From NCBI GenBank assembly GCA_964187785.1, contig OZ076409.1:69690001-69754000 (forward strand): a DNA stretch of 64,000 nt, in the 5' to 3' direction. Position 1 is the first letter of the stretch; each line of letters opens with the position of its first letter. Positions 1 through 9,580 of the stretch are shown here, one piece after another. The notes under the pieces are model-generated. The model was not told the origin of the DNA and searched no databases. It worked only from the letters and a program-made list of their open reading frames with translations. This DNA comes from Amphiscolops sp. MND2022. Lineage: Eukaryota. The position numbers and the translations under genes are program-made.

Positions 1-393
1 GTGTGAAAATGAAGTGACTGAACAATTGTGATAAGAAAGTTTTTGGTTAAACGCTACTAAAATTCCTCATTTTTAAAAAACATTCAGTTACAATTAACAA
101 CTTATACAAGTGCTACTCTTTTAAAAGGTTGGTCTGATTCCTCTGTCACGCTCTTGTGATTTCACGGGCATGGTTCTAATGTGGCTACATCAAAGAGCAG
201 TTATAGGGAGTAGTGCGCCAAACTTGGGTACCCGTGGGAGGACGCAAGCGGGTGCCAGTTAATTGTAACTGATTAAAAATTATTCCCATTGATAGAATTG
301 AATTGAGCAAAACGCGAATTTCAAATACACACTCACAAAAAAGTATTATATCAAAAAAGTAACAAATCAATGCAGCAAAAAAGTTCATTGTTT

Positions 394-1776
394 TCATCTA
401 AAGTTGGCGACTGCTCGCAAATGAGGCAAGACGTTCTCGAAAGTGTACCCAGTTTGTATGACTTGCATCTGTTTTTTGATTTTTTCATAACGGGGGCGCT
501 TGGAACAAACAATTCCAGTCGTCTCTTGAAGGTATTCAAATTTCTGCGTTTTCGAATCTTTCTCTAAATTCCGTAGGAGCAACCATTCGTTTGGTTGGGA
601 GCCAGTGAAATAAGCTTGGAGTCCATAATGCCATCCTTCTACGCTGTTAGTTGTCTTTGCCACTACTTCGCCAGCGGCCTCGAACTGGTTCCATAATTCT
701 ATTGGAAAAGGTGCCTTTTTCGTGACTATGGGGCCCTCTATATAGGTATTTTTAAAATAGAGTGCAAGTTCGTCCACTTTTTCGCTGATGGTGTCATCGA
801 ACGTCTCCTTATCGATGACTTCAGCAATTTCTTCTACTACCAATTCAAAAGATGCTTTTACATGACAGGGCGGGACATGGGCAAGCGCGGGAAGCATTCT
901 AAATGCCAAGTTGAAGTCCGGGCAATTTTCGTTAAAAACTTTTAGACCAATTTCGTTTATTTTACGGTTAAACGATTGTGTCAAGTGAAAGTAGCAGCAT
1001 GAAATGATCGCATCGGGAAATTTTTTGCTGAATGCGCTCAATGCTGCTTTTTTAAAATCTGCAAGGATGCGATCAGGTTTGGCGTTTGTTTCTTCGCAGA
1101 GCAATTCAAGCATTCGAGAATAGGTTTTTTTCTGTTTTGTTGGGTAGAAGTAAATAAACACAAGGGGGTGCAAAACCTTTTCACTCAAGGTGGATTGTGT
1201 ATATTTGGTGAAAATTGTCCGGTGATAATTTGAAAGTTCCATTAATCAGCCATGTTTTTGAAAAATTAAGCAAATTTTTCATTGTTGTGTCGCCAAACAT
1301 CAAAATTCGTTCGCTGTCATCTTTTCCGCTGTCTTTCAGAAGAAAGGTTTTGAACTCTTCGGGAATGTCAAAATGGCGATCAATCGGGGTTGGGGCGTCA
1401 GTTCTATTCTCTCTTTGTCGCTTGCGAAAAAATTTTCTTTTTTCGGCAATGAAAGCTGGATTGCATAATCGTTGGAGATTACCGAAATTTCACTTGCTAT
1501 GGCCACCGTTGGTGTCAAGGACTCTGACTTCTGTTTAATTTGGATAACAACTTCTTTCGCTTTACACTCGGAAGGGTCGCTTTCATGAGTGTGACTGTCT
1601 TTCAATTTAATGACCACGTTCTGGTTTGTCTTCAAAACGGCAGGGCATTTAATTGAATAGTATTTTGTGCATCTCCAAAGAATGCAACTTGAAGTGACTT
1701 GTTTTTGATTGTAACAGTAACCGTTGTGTACTGCAATATTGCCCCCTCTATTTGATTTCATGATTTGAATTAACAT
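394..1776 (-). pseudogene. Frameshifted FLYWCH-MULE transposase
   Basis: ORF 1336-1776 has FLYWCH-like GYCY..WRC..C..HTH. A middle frame reads DSGKDDSERILMFG..WLINGTFK (DGTF motif, D to N). ORF 394-1242 has ILADF, CYFH and TTNSVEGWH. At least two frameshifts. Confidence 0.85.
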
Positions 1777-1989
1777 TTTGAGCTTTGAGATTCAAAATTA
1801 TTGGACTTGTTGTGTGGACTAGTTACAATTCAGTTGACTTCGCTATTTAAACTATTAAAACGTTGCAAGTAATTATCACATTTCATAGTGTGAAAGATTA
1901 TTGTTAGTTGCTGGACCCTTTTTATAGCTTTACTAATTACCATAAAGGCTTTCATAATTAGCACGGTTGAGAGCAATTAGGTGAAAGTG

Positions 1990-2120
1990 TGAGAGATTGA
2001 AAATGCCGTAGGTTGAAATTGCAAAAGGTTGAAAGTGTGAACGGATGAAATTGCAAGCGGTTGAAATTGTGAACGGTTGAATTGGCAGCGGTTGAAATTG
2101 CATAGGTTGAAATTGCATAT
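1990..2120. repeat. Subterminal array of GGTTGAAATTG-type units within the MULE terminus
   Basis: About eight degenerate copies, mirrored at ~61170-61290 and ~63235-63360. Confidence 0.8.
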
Positions 2121-2493
2121 GACGAAATGTCCTGACACCGTTATTACCTAATAATTGCCGAACTAATTGTTTTTTGTTCTTAAAGAAAACAAGTTATTTT
2201 AATTGTGTTGATGCGTGTTGTCTTCTCTCAATTTTTGGTGTCCCTGACATTGTTCATAAATCCTGTTTTATAGCCAAACCAATCGTATGGTCTTATATTG
2301 GTCCTTAGAAAGCATAACCTCGTTTGATGCAAAATTTATGTCGATTCAGCACTTGGAGAAACCTATTTGATCTGCGTTTTGCTGGAATGACAACGTCACC
2401 ATTCAAACAATTGCTATTTTCGTATACTACCATTTTGTCATCAACTTGGAATTACAAACAAAAAAAGATTGATTCGTTACCCAATATGAAATT

Positions 2494-2680
2494 TGTTGAA
2501 ACTCTTATCAAGATCTTGCACTTTTCGACAATTTCCCGTTACTTGTTGAAACTCTTGATGACATCTTGAAAAATCTTGGACCCCGAGAAAGTTTTGAATT
2601 TTTTGACAAGAATTTTTTTTGCCAAGAAGGTCCTTATCTAAAAATTCAAAACTTGTGTGGTTAAGAAAGTTGTACAAAGT
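2494..2680 (+). mobile_element. Decayed fragment of MITE family A
   Basis: GAAACTCTT..CAAGATCTTGC..TCCCGTT.ACT matches the left part of the copies at 4235 and 26982. No termini seen. Confidence 0.55.
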
Positions 2681-5600
2681 TCAGCTTTCCTAGCTCCCTG
2701 TCCACATTTTCGAACATTTCAGTACTTGAAGCTCTGCGAATTATAGAAAAAATGGAAAACAGCGAAGTATTTTTGCATTTATTAGAAAATTCATTGCGTT
2801 TCTAGATTTTGCGGGCCGAAAATTGATATACAAATTTAGTCAAAAATGCGATTTCACATCTCAACTTGCAGTCATTTTTGGTTTAATTCTGCAGTTATTT
2901 TAGTCTTTATTCCAATGATTTTAAATCATATTCGTGTGTATTTAGATCTTGTTCCCAGTGATTTTAGATTCAATTCCTGAAAGTTTGTGTTTCAGATTAT
3001 TTTGCGGTGGGCTACATTGTAAACGGGAATCTTGCTTTTTACCGCTTACTCGTGGATTTTCCGGAGAGGTTTTTAAATGCTATTTTTCGTGTTCAACTCG
3101 TGTTCAATGAGTTGAAAACTTATCGATTTAAAGCATGTGGAAATTTAATCTTTTTAAATTCAATAAAAACGAAAAACGAATACAAATGTGTATTATATTT
3201 GCTAAAATTATTTGTTATCACGACACTTAGATCACATAGTTTGGAAAAATTTAGACTAAACGGCAATTTCGAAAAATACTTGCAAGCTAAAAACAGAATA
3301 ATGCGTCTTTCAAGACGGACAATTGTATCTATACGTGTTTTATCCAAGTCCGCGAACTGATATGATTGTGTTACGTAACCTCAAGAGTATTGGAAGGACA
3401 AAAAGAGCATATTTCCAAATAATTGACTGGTTTTTTGTTCATGCGTATTTAGAGAAAAAAATTACGGAATGGGGTAAGGGGTTAAAGTGAGGTGAGGAAG
3501 GAGGGTGAATTTCTGGGTAATGCTCATTGTGACCGTTTGAATGACGCTTCCCCTTGTTGTGCGAAGATGCTCCTTATATAGAAACAGGGGCATCGATTTT
3601 TGACAAGTGCCATTTAAAATCAATGCACGCGAGATAGGATTGTTCATTACAACCAGGTCTCAGCTATCAGTTCCTTGCAGCAACATTGATGCCACATGCA
3701 AGATGCAGGCATAAGAAAACTTTACTGACTCAGCTCTATGACACAAAATTACGTCATTAAGAAAAAGAGCTGACTCTCGAATCTGGTGTCAAAAATTTCG
3801 AAACTCCACATTATTTACTGACTTTCACATTTATTGCGAATCTGGATGGAAAAGAGCCCGCCCAAAAGGTCATCATACACGTTTAATCAATCATTTCACG
3901 AGCCCGTCAGCGGTTTTTAATCAATAATTCTACTAGCTTCCATTAATTTTCGACTTATCGAAATATGCCCTGCGTCATTCTTTTTGTAATACGTGCACGC
4001 TTATGGCAATTTTGATGCGGGGTGGGCATTTTGAACAAAAGTAAGAAAACTCCGCTGCATTTTATATGGTCATACATTAAGTTTGAATTGCAGGCATTTT
4101 CGCTGGTGGAAAATTATTTGAAGACTTTCACCAAAATTGAGTGCGTATTACTTCCATTCTATCTGTAGAAGATATCAAATCTTGGCGTGAAGACAGTTTT
4201 CAAGGTTTGTATCTAACGCCCATAAAAGAGGAACCCCAGTGAAAAAACTCTTGGAACTCTTGCCAAGATCTTGCATATTCTTACATATTCCCGTTTACTC
4301 TTGAAACTCTTGATAAGATCTTGTTTATTCTTGCTTCACACAAACCGCTTGAATTTCTTGATAGTATTCTTGGTAAGAGTCTTATCAAGAGTGTCAAGAA
4401 GTTGTAAAACAAACATCAATTTTGTTTACAAGTATTTTGCTGTTGTTCGCACTACCAGCTACACTATCATTCTTTGAAGTATTGAATATAGGACAACACA
4501 AAGTAGTGAATTTCAGAACGTGATAGCTTGGTTGGTAGCGCGAAAAGCTGCGGCATAAGAGGTACGCTGATCAAGCTGCAGTTGGCGTCGGTTTTTGTTT
4601 GTTTTCATTCACTTTTGTTAGTTCATCTCTTGAATTTCTTGACACGATCTTGCAAGATCTTGCAAATTCGTGGATTTCTTGGTAAGAATCTTGGCAAGAT
4701 TCTTACCAAAAAATTCAGGAATATCCAAGATTCTTATCAAGAGTTGCAAGACCCTAGGTTACAAGAATCATAAATCTTGCAAAATTCTTACAAGAATTCT
4801 TGTAAGATCTTGTAAGAAAATGCATTTTTAGAATCTAACTCTTGCAAAAATCTTGCAAGATTTGCATTTTTTTGCTCAGAATCTTACAAAAATTGCATAG
4901 ATCTTACAAGTTTCTGACAAAATTTGCAATTCCTGCCTCAAAAAATTCAACAGCTGCAAAAAACAGCTGAACGCGGAAATGTTACAATTCCCCAATATTG
5001 AAGCCTAACTATTCTAAATGAACAACCCTTCCTTCTCGGAAGCATATCTAGAGCATTCAGATCTCAAATCATTGGAACATGTTTCGGTGAATCTAGATCC
5101 TAAATTGTTGGAACTTTCGGATACTTTAAATTAACGGAATTTTTGTAAATTTTAGATCTTTTTTCACTTCAAATTCCAGTCACAAGCTGAACTTTTCTCA
5201 ATGAAAAACCTTTTCCCACTCTGAAATCTCAATCCAAAACAGCTTTAGAAAAAAATGAAACTTCAATTCCAGCAAGCATATAAAATCATACATCAAAATT
5301 TTTTTTTTCAAGAAACGCCGTTGCTCCTTCATTTCTTCCATAAGCATCCTTTTTGGGTTCTACAGGGCAACTGAGCAATAGTCAAAACTGGCATGTCAAC
5401 AAACAATTACAGGATAAAGAGCACCGTCTGAAAGATTAAACAATAAAAGAGACACTTGAATGTTCGATCAGAATTGAGATCCAAGAAAAAAGCACGTCAA
5501 TTTTTTCGAACACCTCTTTTTCAAACGTCCACTGACAAACTGAGAAACTGTCGAAACCAGCAGGTCCACCGGAGTGCAATGTTTGTTGAAAAGCATCGTT

Positions 5601-5915
5601 AAAAAAGATGGAATTGAAATTTGACTCTAAAAATACGTAATTATATCAAAAAAATTGAAATTTTTTTATGGAAAATCAGGAAAACATGGCAAAATTGCAT
5701 GGCACGTCGCTCCTCTTCGCTCCTGCATTTAGGGCACTGGGGGTATGTGAAGATAGCTGACGACGTTATAATAATCATTCCGACAAAATATGCAGGGACG
5801 ACACTAATATATAGGGGACCACACTTAGTAAGGAGAAATCGCTTGGGACCACACTTACTCAGGAGTACCGAACTAAGATCTAAAATCAATGCATTTTAGA
5901 TCTTATTCCCCTTCT

Positions 5916-6512
5916 CTAAATAGGATTGTCGTGAACGTTTAGATCGGGGTAATCTCCGTTCATTTGGTTCACATATTGTTCATTTCTTAAGCTACCTTTT
6001 GCGTTGAGATTTCGCTGAACTTCGGAATTCGGTTCTGGTCTCTCAACCGGAACGTCCCATCCCTTTCTAGTCCTGTGTCCTGATTCGGCCATTATAACAT
6101 TTTGGATTTGAGGAAGTACTTGAGTACTTATTGCATCGTTAATGGCTCTCTGTATTTGGACACTCACGGAATTCATTATCTCATCCATTTCTCGTGAAAT
6201 ACGAGAGTTCAGCTCGCTAGACAATCTGTTTATTTCAGCACTAGAATCACCTGTGATAGAATTACGATCACACTCGGCATACGTCCTAGGTTCAACATTT
6301 CCCCTAGATCCACTTCCGTTTCTGCCCTCATTATCAGACTCATTACTAGCAAAGCTTCTTGATCCTCTAGGTAGATTGCTATTCAGACTACCTTCTCTTT
6401 CTCGTGCACCAAAATGGTTTTCGCCTAACATGATATCCAGATTTTCAATATCTGATAACATCTCAAGTCCTCTAGACTTTCTAGCTTTCTTTTGCTTTCT
6501 AGTAGTTGGCAT
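5916..6512 (-). other. Duplicated N-terminal 195 codons of gag in the 3' LTR, stopping just inside flanking DNA
   Basis: Peptide identical to gag 19256-20971 up to NVHD, diverging at the LTR edge (5927). Confidence 0.9.
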
Positions 6513-7820
6513 TGAAACAATTCCGAATCAATAATGAATTAATCAATACGGAAATAACAGCGTAGCCGTTTGGAAATCAATCTTTTCTAGAACAGTACAG
6601 TATGAATTGTGTCCCGCTCAGGCTAAACACCGGTATTTATACCCCTGAGCGAGTGACACTCACATATTTTACATATTTTCATCTAAGATTGACGTCGTAA
6701 GGTATGTAATGCACTTTGATTTTTACATATTTCTGGTACATAACAAGTATGGTTTCGAAAAAGTTGCATCATAAGCATTTCCGTTTACATATTTTCCACA
6801 TCATCGGGAAACATCAATAACATATTTCTGTGAAATCCTGGTTGGGAGAGTTCCTGACATATTTGTCTCCCAAAATATAACATCAAACAATCAACATAAC
6901 GGTACTTCAAACAACGTATCTATTCTACATATTATTGCAATGTCAACAAATGTTAGCCTCGTTGTCGGAATGCGAGGCTCGTAACACTGGTATGTAGTGT
7001 TAGCACGTGCCACCACGTGGTTATAGGTCAACGTAAGGGGAAGCAAATTCAAATAATACATGTCTAATCTATTTAAATATCACTGCATCATTAAATAAGG
7101 GTATCTCTCAAAAGGGCCGAAATTGGCCAAATCCTGATTAATGGTACAATACTAGGGGGAGAAAGGGTAAAAGACCTTATTCGGCCTTTGATCAGCATTT
7201 AGTTTATTCGGTCCGTTGAGGGGTGCGTTGGTATTATTTTAATATTAAAACACCTTTGAAATGATCCCCAACTAATATGGTTAACTATAAAGTACAGATA
7301 ATACAGCATCACTCATTACATCAAGACGGCCTAAACCGGCCATTTGACCAAGGTACAAAACAATTCATGGACATTAAGTTAATTGGCCGTATTCGGCCGC
7401 TACCAAATCAAAGCTATATTGCACTTGTGAATTGAAGCGCTGTGATTGGTTGAGGGAATGAGCTCAAGTGACGTTTTTGGATTATCGCTGAGCGTCACTT
7501 GAACTCGTTTCCTATACCGCTTTACAGTTGTTTATATTAGTACTGCTTTCGATTCAATCGATTTACATTTTAACTGCACTTTCACAAAGTAGCCTAATTT
7601 GGATATCTCCAAATTGTACAATCTCTAACAGACTAATATTAACTTCATCCAAATATGAAACTGTTACATGAACATACAAAACAACAACTAATCGTTAAAT
7701 AAAACTAGTTTTTAAGGTCCATAACCTGTATTCAGTATATTGGTAGTGTACTCGGTGTCGGGTTTTGTTCTCCTGTCGCTGTAGTATAGTTATTTCCGTC
7801 ACAGGCGGCAGCCTGCGACA
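5927..7820 (-). repeat. 3' LTR of element 1 (1894 bp)
   Basis: Direct repeat of 20386-22281 with a few substitutions and one 2-bp indel; TG...CA termini. Confidence 0.96.
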
Positions 7821-8517
7821 CAGCGGGAGCAATGAAAAGTAGACAACCTGCATTCAGTCCATTTATGTACGCTTCTCGTCTCAATTTGGTGACAAATTCA
7901 GGTTCCCCGCGCGGCGTTGATCTCTCCATGTACCAATTGATCTTCTCGTTTTTAATCTCGTCCACTGATTTCCCACATACCATGCACCCAGTATATCTCT
8001 GACTGCTCAGATTGTCATGGGGTCTGGTATTTTGGATGTGGTAGGACGCATAAAACCCGCTCATTGGTGGTTGGACTAAAGGGGTATCTTGACTGGGCCC
8101 TCTTTCGTGGTCCGGCGGCGACATCGGGGACTCTAGAATCGGTAAGATTGTATTGCACAGTTCGATGCGTGACTTTTCCATCCTCTTAGGAGGGGCATAG
8201 CACCTTTCTAAGTCGAAGTACTTGTGATCCATTTTTGGCGTCTTCTCAGCATTTGCACCGGATGTGCTTGGTCCAGCCACTGACACATCTTCTTCAGGTA
8301 TCTCCGATGTCATTATCCTTCCCCCAATGAGCATAGGGCTAGATGTTACTTCTCTCTCTATCCGCGCTATCAGCTGTTCCGTGTCGGTGGAACAATCCGT
8401 CTCCCAGTCTGACGCTTCGCTCTCACTACTCGATATGTAGATTACAGATTTCTCAGAGCCGTCTGAGTCGAATTCTTCCAAGTCAAATAACTTCCTTGCG
8501 AGATTGTATTTACTCAT
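7732..8517 (-). CDS. ORF-X of element 1: 261-aa accessory protein of unknown function (acidic N-terminus, CxxC), ending inside the 3' LTR
   Basis: Homologous to 36578-37396: GGRIMT/AGRAMT, SPMSPPDHERG/TPLSPPPHEQG, CMVCGKS/CIVCGKS, LRREAY/LRRRNAF, VSQAAACDGN. Confidence 0.8.
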   Translation of the reverse strand: MSKYNLARKLFDLEEFDSDGSEKSVIYISSSESEASDWETDCSTDTEQLIARIEREVTSSPMLIGGRIMTSEIPEEDVSVAGPSTSGANAEKTPKMDHKYFDLERCYAPPKRMEKSRIELCNTILPILESPMSPPDHERGPSQDTPLVQPPMSGFYASYHIQNTRPHDNLSSQRYTGCMVCGKSVDEIKNEKINWYMERSTPRGEPEFVTKLRREAYINGLNAGCLLFIAPAVSQAAACDGNNYTTATGEQNPTPSTLPIY

Positions 8518-8884
8518 GATGGCTTTCTTCGCTATTTTGAAGCTTGTAGATGCAACTGTATCGTGATGAAGTTTTAGGGTAGAATGAATTTGTCAAATCC
8601 AAAAATTTAGCCGAGTAAGGTGTTTTCCCGAAGTTTCCAATTTGGCGGTTAGACCTTCGGTTAATCGTCCTGATCTGTCATAAACTTTTCAGAATAGAAT
8701 TCCTTGATTTGTCGGCTCCCTTTGATAACATGATGTTTACCCCTCATCAGTGTCATCACTAGAAGAGGTGTGAATGACTCTCAGCTTATGAATATCAACT
8801 ACACCCTTCTCAAGTGGGTAATTAACGGGTCGCTTGTAAGCAATTAGCGGCACGCGTCACCAAAATTTCTCGTAAAGGCTCCAT

Positions 8885-8967
8885 CCAATCAGCGTTGAGC
8901 TTTGATAAATTGTAAAATTAAATAATAAAATGGCGAAACTAATAAATCCAAATGATTCAAGATGGCG
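8885..8967. promoter_or_regulatory. Candidate internal promoter between the divergent ORF-X and antisense gene
   Basis: CCAATCAG followed by TTGATAAAT and AAAATGGC, also present in element 2 (~37793-37860). Two YY1-like AA(A/G)ATGGCG motifs. Confidence 0.4.
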
Positions 8968-9580
8968 AAAATTCTAACTAAGGGTAACTAGGGTAACTGA
9001 ACAAAACGGCAAGACAAAATAGGGTAAACGTCCATGTTTGGCCAATAACTAGATAAGCTGTAAATACCAAAGTCCTTTGTACACTTCGCTGGCAGACTCC
9101 ATGTACAGAATAAATATGTAGATAATTTCATAATATTAGTCTGGTAATAATCTTCAGCCACGAACTCCAACTTTCAATTTTTTACATTAAAGTTCCAACC
9201 CAATTCCATTTCTGATCATTCCATATCCGCTTCTGCTATTTGTACTTATCCAACTGTCATCCATCCTTGTGTGTCCACAACTACACAACTGCTTCCTCCA
9301 GCTCTTCTCTCCGGAGTGTCCCAGATTTCCTTCTGTCTCCGTCGTAGTCAATTCAGCTCTACAAACCCTTCTTCTCAGCACAAACAACTTCCGTTGGAAC
9401 AACAACACTGAGGGAACATGTCTTCGAACACAGGTTGGTCTGATTTCCGTATATTGAACTAATTTAGCTTGATCAAGGCTAGACTTTGTTCAAGTGGGCT
9501 TCCTATTTCCACTAAGAAACGTGTGATATCACGCTTTGTTCAAATTTAAAGTACTTCCGGAAGATTTCTGACGCGGTGAA

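Larger units (their letters stand above)
1..2140 (-). mobile_element. Mutator-like (MULE) DNA transposon, copy 1; left end lies outside the window
   Basis: Decayed FLYWCH+MULE transposase. Right end is a GGTTGAAATTG subterminal array ending GACGAAATGTCCTGACACCG. Colinear with a second copy at 61148-63383. Confidence 0.85.

Noticed and set aside
1990..2120. CRISPR-like array
   Set aside because: Short degenerate units without unique spacers, eukaryotic context, and part of a MULE terminus.
6142..6534. Plus-strand 130-aa ORF in the LTR (also 20601-20993) and other shadow ORFs over pol
   Set aside because: Antisense shadows of gag/pol codons; the LTR one has no counterpart in element 2.
7732..8517. 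ORF-X as an envelope gene
   Set aside because: Too short, with no signal peptide, furin site or convincing transmembrane anchor.
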